Shown one piece after another: positions 10,416 to 20,502 of a stretch of 64,000 nt of DNA (within the stretch, counting starts at the first letter, position 1; each line of letters opens with the position of its first letter). The stretch covers positions 96,001 through 160,000 of the forward strand of contig CBDIIB010000005.1 in assembly GCA_965279525.1 (NCBI GenBank), written 5' to 3'. The notes below the pieces were generated by a model. The model was not told where the DNA came from and made no database searches. It worked only from the letters and a program-made list of their open reading frames with translations. Origin of the DNA: Tagaea sp. Lineage in GTDB: Bacteria; Pseudomonadota; Alphaproteobacteria; CACIAM-22H2. Made by a program: the position numbers and the translations under genes.

Positions 10416-10928
10416 TCAGGCCGGCGGCAGGCGCCGCTTGGCGTAGCTCACGAGCATGTTGCCGAGCACGTCGAGGAACGGGTCGCCCGACTTCAGCAGC
10501 CCCGACATCGTCACGGTCGCCATCAGCGCTTGCACGCGGCTGGCTTTCTCGCCGAGCGGCGGGCGCTCTTCCATCGGGATGGGTTTCGTCCAGACCGGCG
10601 TCTCGCGCACGAAGCCCGCGAACAGCTCGAAGATGTCGCGCTGGCTGCCGCTCAGCCCCTTGAGTTTCATCTGGAAGCGCGCGCGGTCGACGATGACCAG
10701 CTCGGTCTCGACCTTCGCGCGGGCCGTGGCCATGCGCGGCGCATTGTCGAGCAGCGCCAGCTCGCCGAACATCATGCCCGGATTGATGACCGCGATCGGC
10801 GGCGCGTCGGGCGTGGCCAGCTTGATCACGTCGATCTGGCCGGTCTTGACGAGGCAGGCGTAATCGCCGCTTTCGCCCTCGCGGAAGACGATCGTGCCGG
10901 GACGGTATTTGCGGGTCTGGTCAACCAT
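10416..10928 (-). CDS. Cyclic-nucleotide-binding domain protein (no HTH seen)
   Basis: VFREGESGD...PGMMFGELALLDNAPRMATARA. Confidence 0.85.
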   Translation of the reverse strand: MVDQTRKYRPGTIVFREGESGDYACLVKTGQIDVIKLATPDAPPIAVINPGMMFGELALLDNAPRMATARAKVETELVIVDRARFQMKLKGLSGSQRDIFELFAGFVRETPVWTKPIPMEERPPLGEKASRVQALMATVTMSGLLKSGDPFLDVLGNMLVSYAKRRLPPA

Positions 10929-10941
10929 CGTGGCGACAATC

Positions 10942-12612
10942 CTAGAGCGATTTCGTGCGCTCGCGCAGCACGAATTTTTGGATTTTTCCGGTCGAGGTTT
11001 TCGGCAGCGGGCCGAACACGATCGTGCGCGGAACCTTGTAGCCGGCAAGATGCTCGCGGGAAAACGCGATCAGGTCGGCGGCACTGGCCGTGGCACCATC
11101 CTTCAGCATCACGAACGCGCACGGCGTCTCGCCCCACTTCTCGTCGGCGCGCGCGACGACCGCCACTTCGAGCACCGCCGGATGGCGGTAGAGAGCGCTC
11201 TCGACCTCGATGGTGGATATGTTCTCGCCGCCCGAGATGATGATGTCCTTCGAGCGGTCCTTGAGCTCGACATAGCCGTTCGGGTGCATGACGCCGAGAT
11301 CGCCGGTGTGGAACCAGCCGCCCTTGAACGCCTTGGCGGTCGCCTCCGGGTTCTTGAGATAGCCCTTCATGACGATGTTGCCGCGCATGAAGACCTCGCC
11401 CATCGTGGTCCCGTCCGACGGGACGGGCTTCAGCGTCTTGGCGTCGGCCACCATCAGCCCTTCGAGGACCGGATAGCGCACGCCCTGGCGCGATTTCAGC
11501 ACCGCCGACTCGGCCGGCGGCAGCGCGTCCCACTCGACATGCCATTCGCAGACGACCGCCGGTCCGTAGACCTCGGTCAGCCCGTAGACATGCGTGATGT
11601 GGAAGCCCATGCGCTCCATCTTCTCGATCACGGCGGCCGGCGGCGGGGCGGCGGCCGTCATGATCTCGACGACATGGGTCGGATCCTGGCGCAGCGTCTC
11701 GGGTGCGTTGATCAGCATGTTCATGACGATGGGCGCCCCGCACATGTGCGTGACATGGCTCGCCTTGATCGCATCGAAGATCGCCGGCGCTTCCACGCGG
11801 CGCAGACACACGTTGGTGCCGGCCATCGCCGCGATGGTCCACGGGAAGCACCAGCCGTTGCAGTGGAACATCGGCAGGGTCCACAGATAGACCGGATGGT
11901 GGCCGAGATCCCAGACCATCGTGTTGCCGACCGCGTTCAGGTAGGCGCCGCGATGGTGGTAGACCACGCCCTTCGGATTGCCGGTGGTGCCCGACGTGTA
12001 GTTGAGCGCCAGCGCATCCCACTCGTCGCGCACCTTCAGCGGCACGAAATCGGCATCGCCTTGGCCAAGGAAATCCTCGTACTCGGTCTTGCCAAGCCGC
12101 TTTCCGCCCGGGCCTTCCGGGTCGTCGATGTCGATCACGAGGGGCTTGCGCTTCGCCTTGGCCAGCGCCTTCGCCACGCCGGGGGCGAATTCGGTGTCGA
12201 CGAGGATCAGCTTCGTCTCGCCATGGTCGATCTGGAAGGCGATCGTGTCGGGATCGAGCCGGATGTTCATCGCGTTGAGGACGGCCCCCGCCATCGGCAC
12301 GCCGAACGCGCATTCGTAGGCCGCCGGGATGTTGGGGGCGAGCAGCGCCACCGTGTCGCCGCGCTTCACGCCTGCGCGTGCGAGGGCCGAGGCGAGCCTG
12401 CGGCAGCGCGCATGGGTCTGGGCCCAGGTGCGCTGGATGCGCCCGTGCACGATTGCGGTCTTGCGCGGCCAGACAGACGCAGCCCGTGCCAGGAACCCGA
12501 CCGGCGACAGCGGCTCGTGGTTGGCCGCGTTGCGGCCGAGGTCCCGCTCCCATTTTCCGGCACGCGCGGGCGGGGCCTTGACGGTCTTGCGGGTTTTCTT
12601 CTTGGCGGCCAT
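10942..12612 (-). CDS. Acyl-CoA synthetase (AMP-binding, medium/long chain or DmdB-like)
   Basis: YTSGTTGNPKG; YGLTE; FHTGDLG; PKTSTGKIQKF. Confidence 0.92.
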   Translation of the reverse strand: MAAKKKTRKTVKAPPARAGKWERDLGRNAANHEPLSPVGFLARAASVWPRKTAIVHGRIQRTWAQTHARCRRLASALARAGVKRGDTVALLAPNIPAAYECAFGVPMAGAVLNAMNIRLDPDTIAFQIDHGETKLILVDTEFAPGVAKALAKAKRKPLVIDIDDPEGPGGKRLGKTEYEDFLGQGDADFVPLKVRDEWDALALNYTSGTTGNPKGVVYHHRGAYLNAVGNTMVWDLGHHPVYLWTLPMFHCNGWCFPWTIAAMAGTNVCLRRVEAPAIFDAIKASHVTHMCGAPIVMNMLINAPETLRQDPTHVVEIMTAAAPPPAAVIEKMERMGFHITHVYGLTEVYGPAVVCEWHVEWDALPPAESAVLKSRQGVRYPVLEGLMVADAKTLKPVPSDGTTMGEVFMRGNIVMKGYLKNPEATAKAFKGGWFHTGDLGVMHPNGYVELKDRSKDIIISGGENISTIEVESALYRHPAVLEVAVVARADEKWGETPCAFVMLKDGATASAADLIAFSREHLAGYKVPRTIVFGPLPKTSTGKIQKFVLRERTKSL

Positions 12613-12727
12613 GGCGAACTTACCCGGAAAATGGACATCGTGAGGAGGGTCCTTCATGCCACGCCGCCCCTTCCCAAACCAGAGGGGCTGGCGCAAATTC
12701 GTCTGAAGAACCGGGAGAGAAAACGTC

Positions 12728-14647
12728 ATGCCGACCTACGCCGAAATCCACGCGCGTTCGCGCCGCGATCCCGAAGCCTTCTGGGGCGAGGCGGCAAAGG
12801 CGATCGACTGGATCAAGCCGTGGGACAAGGTGCTCGACCTGTCCACCAAACCCGCCGCGCGCTGGTTCGTCGGCGGCGAGCTCAACACCTGCTGGAACGC
12901 GATCGACCGGCACGTCGCCGCCGGCAACGGTGCCCGCGTGGCGGTCATCTACGACAGCCCGGTCACAAACACGGTCGCGAAATTCACCTATGCCGAGATG
13001 CAAGGCAAAGTCGCCGCGTTCGCAGGCCTCCTCGCCGCGAAGGGCGTGGCCAAGGGCGACCGCGTCATCGTCTACATGCCGATGGTGCCCGAAGCGCTGG
13101 TGGCCATGCTCGCCTGCGCAAGGCTCGGCGCCGTGCACTCGGTCGTGTTCGGCGGCTTCGCGGCCAACGAGCTTGCCGTGCGCATCGACGACTGCAAGCC
13201 CAAGGCGATCGTGTCGGCGTCGTGCGGAATCGAAGGGGCGAAGACGGTGGCGTACAAGCCGCTGCTCGACGGCGCCATCGCCATCGCGCGCCACAAGCCG
13301 GATTTCTGCGTGATCCTGCAGCGCCCGCAGCTCGGCTGCGATCTGGTCGCCGGACGCGACGTTGATTGGGCAAGTGCGGCGGCATCCGCGAAGCCCGCCG
13401 ACTGCGTGCCCGTGAAGGCGACCGAACCGCTCTACGTGCTCTACACGTCGGGCACCACCGGCCAGCCCAAGGGCGTGGTGCGCGACAATGGCGGGCACGC
13501 GGTCGCACTCGCCTATTCGATGCGGGCGATCTACGACACGAAGCCGGGCGAGGTGTTCTGGGCCGCGTCCGACGTGGGCTGGGTCGTCGGCCATTCCTAC
13601 ATCTGCTATGCGCCGCTGCTCGCCGGCTGCACGACCGTCCTGTTCGAGGGCAAGCCGGTGGGCACGCCCGATGCCGGCGTGTTCTGGCGCGTGATCGCCG
13701 AGCATGGTGTGGCGACGTTCTTCACCGCCCCCACCGCCTTCCGCGCGATCCGCAAGGAGGACCCGGAAGGCAAGCTGATCGCGAAGCATGATCTTTCGAA
13801 GTTCCGCGCTTTGTTCCTGGCGGGCGAGCGCTGCGATCCGGCCACGCTCGAATGGGCGATGGAGAAGCTCAAGCGCCCGGTCGTCGACCATTGGTGGCAG
13901 ACCGAGACCGGCTGGCCCATCGCGGCCAACGCACTCGGCATCCCGACGGGCACCGGTGCCCCCTTCCCGATCAAACCCGGCTCGCCGACCAAGGCCGTGC
14001 CCGGCTGGGACGTGCAGGTGCTGGGCGCCGACGGCCATCCGGTACCCGCCGGCGACATCGGCGCCATCGTGTGCGCCCTGCCGCTGCCGCCCGGCACGTT
14101 CCCGACGCTGTGGAACGCCGAGCAGCGCTATGTCGACGCGTATCTCGCGGAATATCCCGGCTACTACAAGACCGGTGATGCCGGTTACATCGACGCCGAC
14201 GGCTACATCTACGTGATGACGCGCGTGGACGACGTCATCAACGTCGCGGGCCATCGCCTGTCGACGGGCCAGATGGAAGAGATCCTCGCGAGCCACAAGG
14301 ACGTCGCGGAATGCGCGGTCGTGGGGGCCGCCGACGAGCTCAAGGGCCAGGTGCCGCTGGGCTTCATCGTGCTCAAGTCCGGCGTCAACCGGCCCGATGC
14401 CGAGATCATCGCCGAGATCGTGGCACTGGTGCGCGAGAAGATCGGCCCGGTCGCGTTCTTCAAGAACGCGGTGGTGGTGAAGCGGCTGCCCAAGACGCGC
14501 TCGGGCAAGATCCTGCGCGGGACGATGCAGAAGATCGCCGACGGATCGGCGTTCAAGCCGCCCGCCACGATCGACGATCCGCTGATCCTCGACGAGATCC
14601 GCGAGAGCCTGGTGCCGGCGGGCTACGCGAAGGCGCCGGCGAACTGA
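12728..14647 (+). CDS. prpE: Propionyl-CoA synthetase
   Basis: YTSGTTGQPKGVVRDNGGH; DHWWQTETG; PKTRSGKILR. Confidence 0.88.
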   Translation: MPTYAEIHARSRRDPEAFWGEAAKAIDWIKPWDKVLDLSTKPAARWFVGGELNTCWNAIDRHVAAGNGARVAVIYDSPVTNTVAKFTYAEMQGKVAAFAGLLAAKGVAKGDRVIVYMPMVPEALVAMLACARLGAVHSVVFGGFAANELAVRIDDCKPKAIVSASCGIEGAKTVAYKPLLDGAIAIARHKPDFCVILQRPQLGCDLVAGRDVDWASAAASAKPADCVPVKATEPLYVLYTSGTTGQPKGVVRDNGGHAVALAYSMRAIYDTKPGEVFWAASDVGWVVGHSYICYAPLLAGCTTVLFEGKPVGTPDAGVFWRVIAEHGVATFFTAPTAFRAIRKEDPEGKLIAKHDLSKFRALFLAGERCDPATLEWAMEKLKRPVVDHWWQTETGWPIAANALGIPTGTGAPFPIKPGSPTKAVPGWDVQVLGADGHPVPAGDIGAIVCALPLPPGTFPTLWNAEQRYVDAYLAEYPGYYKTGDAGYIDADGYIYVMTRVDDVINVAGHRLSTGQMEEILASHKDVAECAVVGAADELKGQVPLGFIVLKSGVNRPDAEIIAEIVALVREKIGPVAFFKNAVVVKRLPKTRSGKILRGTMQKIADGSAFKPPATIDDPLILDEIRESLVPAGYAKAPAN

Positions 14648-14650
14648 GCC

Positions 14651-15313
14651 TTACGCCTCGGCCTTCGCCGCGGCATCCGCTGCCGCGACGGCGGCGGCGG
14701 CTTCCTTGGCGGCGGCGGTCGCGGCCTTGGCGGCTTCGGCAGCCTTGGCGGCCTTGCGCGCGGCGCGCTCCTGTTCCTTGCGCGCGCGCTCGGCGGCGCG
14801 CGCGGCACGGTTGATCGCCTCGTCGAGCTGGTCCTGCGAGCACAGGCCGAGCACGACCGGGTTCGTCGGCTTGATGTTCGCCATGTCGAAGTGGCTGCGG
14901 TCGCGGATCTTCTGGATCGTCGGCTTCGTCGTGCCGACCATCTTGCCGATCTGCGCGTCGGTCAGTTCGGCATGGTGGCGCAGCAGCCACGCGATCGCGG
15001 CCGGGCGGTCCTGGCGCTTGGAGACGGGCGTATAGCGCGCACCCTTCGGGCGCTGCACGGGCATCGGCAGGTCGACCTTCAGGAGCGTCAGCACGGCGTT
15101 CTTGTCCGCCTCGCAGCGCGCGAGTTCTTCGGCCGTCAGCTGGTTGTTGGCGACCGGGTCGAGGCCGACGATGCCGATGGCGACTTCGCCGTCGGCGATC
15201 CCCTGGACTTCCAGCGGGTGCATGCCGCAGAACGCCGCGACCTGCTCGAAGGTCAGCGCGGTGTTCTCGACGAGCCAAACGGCGGTCGCCTTGGGCATCA
15301 GCGGAAGCGTCAT
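14651..15313 (-). CDS. trcR: DUF1013 cell-cycle transcriptional regulator with Ala/Lys-rich tail
   Basis: LMPKATAVWLVENTALTFEQVAAFC; RYTPVSKRQDRP; GTTKPTI. Confidence 0.9.
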   Translation of the reverse strand: MTLPLMPKATAVWLVENTALTFEQVAAFCGMHPLEVQGIADGEVAIGIVGLDPVANNQLTAEELARCEADKNAVLTLLKVDLPMPVQRPKGARYTPVSKRQDRPAAIAWLLRHHAELTDAQIGKMVGTTKPTIQKIRDRSHFDMANIKPTNPVVLGLCSQDQLDEAINRAARAAERARKEQERAARKAAKAAEAAKAATAAAKEAAAAVAAADAAAKAEA

Positions 15314-15535
15314 GTTCGGTCCTCCTGGCGGGGGCGGACGCGACCGGCAAGGCAAACGCCTTACCTTTCGTCCCGTTAACGGGACAAGTCGAGCCAACCC
15401 GAATTGTGCGAATGGCCCGTCTTATATAGGCGGCCCGGGGCCGGGTCAAAACGTTCCGGCCGGGGATTGACTCATTTCCCGTAATAGGATATTTAGCCAT
15501 TTATAGGGCTAATATGCTTTATGAAAGGAAAAATT

Positions 15536-16219
15536 ATGGTATCACATCCCAGGCTCCACCCGCTGTTCGTCCGCTGGCTGGAGCGCGCCCTGGAAGCTGC
15601 CGAGGGTGCCAGGCCCGGGCAGATCGCGCTGGTGGCGAACGGCGAAAGCGGGGCGTCGCTGGGCCGCCTTCAACTCGACCTGTCGCAACAGGCCGCCCTG
15701 CGCGGCGACCTGGCGCTCGTGGCGCGGCGCGCGATGGTGCCCGGCGACATCGACGGGCTGCTGGCCAAGCGCGTGCGCCTGATGACGCAGCCCGAGCGCA
15801 CGGCGGCGCGCCGCATCCTCGAACAGGTGCTCGAACGACCGCAGGGGGCCGCCTGGCTCGCCCGGCACGAACGCGCGATGGCGGTGCGCGTCGGGCTTGC
15901 GGTGCGCCGGCTGATTGCCGCGGCTTCGCCGGGTGCGGCCGATTTCGCGGCAAGCCTGCGCGGCCAGATCGAGATCGCCTGCCACCTGCACCAGTTCGGC
16001 ACCGGCAGCACCGGCATGCTCGCCGATTTCCTCGCCGGCAAGCGCGTGACGTTCGAGAGCGGACGGACCGCCGCGTTCCGCAGCCCGCTCGACATCGAGC
16101 AGTTCCGCGGCTTCCGGCGCGCCACGCACTGGGGCTACGAGAATCCGCGCGCCAACGAAAGCCGCCACATGCGCGTCGATCTCGCCCTGCGCGACGTGCC
16201 GCGCGAAATGCTAGCCTGA
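15536..16219 (+). CDS. Hypothetical protein, possibly lysozyme-like
   Basis: Coding-like GC3 bias; SD AAAGGA before ATG 15536; contains GESGASLGRLQLDL. Confidence 0.65.
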   Translation: MVSHPRLHPLFVRWLERALEAAEGARPGQIALVANGESGASLGRLQLDLSQQAALRGDLALVARRAMVPGDIDGLLAKRVRLMTQPERTAARRILEQVLERPQGAAWLARHERAMAVRVGLAVRRLIAAASPGAADFAASLRGQIEIACHLHQFGTGSTGMLADFLAGKRVTFESGRTAAFRSPLDIEQFRGFRRATHWGYENPRANESRHMRVDLALRDVPREMLA

Positions 16220-16246
16220 CGTCCGCACACGCTGGAGAGTCCGACA

Positions 16247-16871
16247 CTGCCTGACTTCAAGCACGAGATTCGCCTTGGCGGCGCCATCGCCGGAATCGAC
16301 GAGGCCGGACGCGGGCCGCTCGCCGGCCCCGTCGTCGCGGCGGCGGTCGTGTTCCGCGTGGCGAAGCTGCCGCGCGCACTCGCCGGCGCCATCGACGATT
16401 CCAAGAAGCTGACCGAGGCGAAGCGCGACGCGGCATTCGACGAACTGCGCGCGCACGCGCTCACCGGCACGCTCGTCTATGCGATCGCGGCGGCGAGCGT
16501 GCACGAGATCGACCGGATCAACATCCTGCGCGCCACGCACCTTGCGATGCGCCGCGCCCTTGCCCGCCTGCCCTTCGTGCCCGACGCCGCGTTGATCGAC
16601 GGCAACCAGATCCCGCGCGACCTGCCCTGCCGCGCCGAGGGTCTGGTCAAGGGCGACGCCAAGTCGCTGTCGATCGCGGCGGCCTCGATCCTCGCCAAGG
16701 TCATGCGCGACCGGATCATGAAGCGGCTGGATGTTCGCTATCCGGTCTATGGCTGGGGTTCGAACAAGGGTTACGGGGCGGCCACGCATATCGAATCCAT
16801 TGCGGTCCACGGCCCCTCGCCCCACCACCGATTGAGTTTCGCACCCCTCGCCCAGGGTCGATTAAGCCTTT

Positions 16872-16873
<2 letters not shown>
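16247..16873 (+). CDS. rnhB: Ribonuclease HII, probable CTG start
   Basis: The frame extends upstream of the ORF-track start: LPDFKHE...AGIDEAGRGPLAGPVVAAAV; DDSKKL; DGN; KGDAKSLSIAAASILAKV; NKGY. Confidence 0.93.
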
Positions 16874-18025
<1,152 letters not shown>

Positions 18026-18077
18026 TCGGACCTGCCCCTTCCGGGCCGGGGTCCGGAAACGAGGGACGAGAACACCG

Positions 18078-18455
18078 ATGGCCGACCCGCAGTACTCCTC
18101 CCGCACGCAAGCCACCGGTGCGCCGCGCCAGAGCCAGCGCGTGCGCTCGGTCTTCATCCTGTCGAAATCGGTCTCCGAACTGCTCGGCCCCGACCATCAC
18201 GTCGCGCGCGCCGTGCGCAACGCCGCCGACGACGAGAACCCGTTCAACTTCGAGCTGGCCCGCACGGCGTTCGACCGCCTGCCGGGTGCCACGCGCCGGC
18301 GCATCCGCGGCCACGCGGAAGCCGAAGCCGAGCGCTACGCGGACGCGATCGGCCTCAAGGCCATCCTGCGCAAGCTGCCGACAGACCAGCCGATCGGCCT
18401 CGAGATGATCTGGCCGCAATCGTCGAGCTATCCCGCGCGCAAGCGCGACTACTAG
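18078..18455 (+). CDS. Hypothetical protein
   Basis: 125-aa ORF with host-like codon usage and upstream GAG/GGA-rich RBS. Confidence 0.65.
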   Translation: MADPQYSSRTQATGAPRQSQRVRSVFILSKSVSELLGPDHHVARAVRNAADDENPFNFELARTAFDRLPGATRRRIRGHAEAEAERYADAIGLKAILRKLPTDQPIGLEMIWPQSSSYPARKRDY

Positions 18456-18757
18456 AACTTCGGGGCGTCGCCATCCGCCGGCAGGTCGAGGGCGGCGAGA
18501 TTGCAGCCGCAGAACGGGCAGTCCATCGCCGCCACCTTCGCGCGCGCGGCTTCGGCGTCCGTCCCGGTCCCTTCGATTTCGCGCAACAGGTCGGCGATAA
18601 CGCGCGCGTGCGTGCGCTTCGTCTCGCACGCGGCCAGCAGCAGCTGTTGGCGCGGCACGTCCAGTTCCTCGATGCGCAGGGCCATCGCGGCACCCGGAAA
18701 GAGTGCCGCCGCGGCCGCAGCGCCGAGTTTCAGAAGGGAACGTCTGTCCTGACCCAT
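18452..18757 (-). CDS. Small Tat-signal protein with Cys cluster
   Basis: DRRSLLKLGAAAAAALFPGAAMA signal; CPFCGC near the C-terminus. Confidence 0.7.
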   Translation of the reverse strand: MGQDRRSLLKLGAAAAAALFPGAAMALRIEELDVPRQQLLLAACETKRTHARVIADLLREIEGTGTDAEAARAKVAAMDCPFCGCNLAALDLPADGDAPKF

Positions 18758-18785
18758 ATGCCCATTATACTTGCCGGAATCGGGC

Positions 18786-18813
18786 AAATCCATGACGCGT
18801 GCGCCGGCGTATC
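18786..18813 (+). promoter_or_regulatory. ECF sigmaE (RpoE/ChrR-type) promoter, degenerate -35
   Basis: AAATCC-15 nt-GCGTATC upstream of the SDR gene; same -10 and spacing as the phr promoter. Confidence 0.6.
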
Positions 18814-18834
18814 CTGTCTGAAGGGATACGTCAC

Positions 18835-19581
18835 ATGAGCGACATCGTCTGGATCACCGGCGCTTCCTCGGGCATCGGGCGGGCATTGGCCGTCCGGCTG
18901 GCGCGCGAAGGCCGGCGCGTCGTCGCCTCGGCGCGCGGGGCCGAAGCGCTGGAAGCGCTCGCCCGCGAGGCGGGGCCGAATCTTTCGACCCTGCGGCTCG
19001 ACACGACCGACGAGGCGGCCTGCGAGGCCGCGGTCGCGTGGATCGAAAGCGAAATCGGCCCGATCGCCCTTGCCGTGCTCAATGCCGGCACGCACCTGCC
19101 CACGCCGGCCGCCACGCTCGCCGTCGCCCCGTTCCGCAAGCTCGTCGAGACCAACCTGATGGGCACGGTCAACGCGCTCGTCCCCGTGCTCGCATCCATG
19201 CGCGCGCGGGGTGAGGGACACATCGCGGTCGTGGCCTCGGTCGCGGGCTATGGCGGTCTGCCGACGGCGGCGGCCTATGGCGCCACCAAGGCCGGCCTCA
19301 TCAACATGTGCGAGGCGCTGAAGCCCGAGTGCGAAGCCTTCGGCGTCAAGCTGCAGCTCGTCGATCCCGGCTTCGTGCGCACGCCGCTCACCGACCGCAA
19401 CCCGTTCCCGATGCCGTTCCTGATGGAGGTCGACGACGCGATCGACGCGTTCGTCGCGGGGCTTGGCTCCGACCGGTTCGAGATCGTCTTTCCGCGCCGC
19501 TTCGGCTGGCTGCTGAAATTCCTCAACATGCTTCCCTACGGTCTCTATTTCCGCATCGTGCGGCGCATGACGGGGGCGTGA
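18835..19581 (+). CDS. SDR family oxidoreductase (RSP1087-like)
   Basis: WITGASSGIG; NAG; YGATK. Confidence 0.92.
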   Translation: MSDIVWITGASSGIGRALAVRLAREGRRVVASARGAEALEALAREAGPNLSTLRLDTTDEAACEAAVAWIESEIGPIALAVLNAGTHLPTPAATLAVAPFRKLVETNLMGTVNALVPVLASMRARGEGHIAVVASVAGYGGLPTAAAYGATKAGLINMCEALKPECEAFGVKLQLVDPGFVRTPLTDRNPFPMPFLMEVDDAIDAFVAGLGSDRFEIVFPRRFGWLLKFLNMLPYGLYFRIVRRMTGA

Positions 19582-19994
19582 TGGACAGGTTCGACGACTA
19601 TGTCGCGTTCTTCGAACGCATCAGCCTCGAGCGGCTCGGCGAGCTCGATGCGCTCGTCGTACCCGACGTGCGCTTCAAGGACCCGTTCAACGACCTGCGC
19701 GGGGTCGAAAACATGCGCAAGGCGCTGGCGATGGCCTTCGAGCACGGCACGCCGCGCTTCGAGGTGATCGACCGCGCGCGCGGCAGCCACGCGGCCTACC
19801 TGCTGTGGCGCTATTCCCACGGCCCCGGCTTCGCGCTTGAAGGCATGAGCGAGATCCGCTTCGCGCCCGACGGGCGCATCGCCGAGCATATCGACCACTG
19901 GGATTCCGGCACGCAGTTCTATGCGCGCGTGCCCGTCCTGGGCTGGCTGATCGGGCTGGTGCGCAATAGGCTCAAGGTACGCGGCGGAAGGTGA
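19581..19994 (+). CDS. NTF2/SnoaL-like protein
   Basis: FKDPFNDLRG; HIDHWD; coupled to the SDR stop. Confidence 0.85.
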   Translation: MDRFDDYVAFFERISLERLGELDALVVPDVRFKDPFNDLRGVENMRKALAMAFEHGTPRFEVIDRARGSHAAYLLWRYSHGPGFALEGMSEIRFAPDGRIAEHIDHWDSGTQFYARVPVLGWLIGLVRNRLKVRGGR

Positions 19995-20502
19995 GCGTGA
20001 CCGAGCCCACGTCGAAGCCCCATTTGGTGACGTAGGCGCGGTTGATCAGCACGCCGTCGGGCTGGAGATACATCCAGTCGTCGAAATGCACCTTCATGCG
20101 CCCGCTGCCCATCTTCAGGTTTATGTCGTAGCGGAAGTTGAACGCGTTGCCGGCGGCACGCCCTTCCGCGACGCCGATCGCCTCTTCGGTGCGCCCCTCC
20201 CACACGCCGGGGGCCGTCTGCGTCAGACGCCACACGCGCCGGTCCTTCTCGCCGTCGGTGTAGTCGAACCGCTCGTCGAGGACGAGTTCGCGCCCGTCCC
20301 ACGTGCCTTCGATGTCGACGGTGAATTCGCGGCGCAGGTTGGCGAAGCGGTCCTCGAAGATCCCCCAGGCGCGCGTCTTGCCGGCGAAGTACGTCTCCAG
20401 CTTCAGTTCGGGCGTGCGCCCGGCGAAGTCGTCGATCTTCATGCCACTGCACCCCATGAGCACCGATACGCTCATTACGACGAAAAGGAGTCTGCGGATC
20501 AT
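19972..20502 (-). CDS. DUF3833 lipoprotein (RSP1088-like)
   Basis: Lipobox LMGC; YFAGKTRAWG; FDDWMYLQ; NRAYVTKWG. Confidence 0.88.
   Translation of the reverse strand: MIRRLLFVVMSVSVLMGCSGMKIDDFAGRTPELKLETYFAGKTRAWGIFEDRFANLRREFTVDIEGTWDGRELVLDERFDYTDGEKDRRVWRLTQTAPGVWEGRTEEAIGVAEGRAAGNAFNFRYDINLKMGSGRMKVHFDDWMYLQPDGVLINRAYVTKWGFDVGSVTLTFRRVP

Noticed and set aside
14655-14810. GCGGC-rich repeats
   Set aside because: They simply encode the Ala/Lys-rich tail of TrcR
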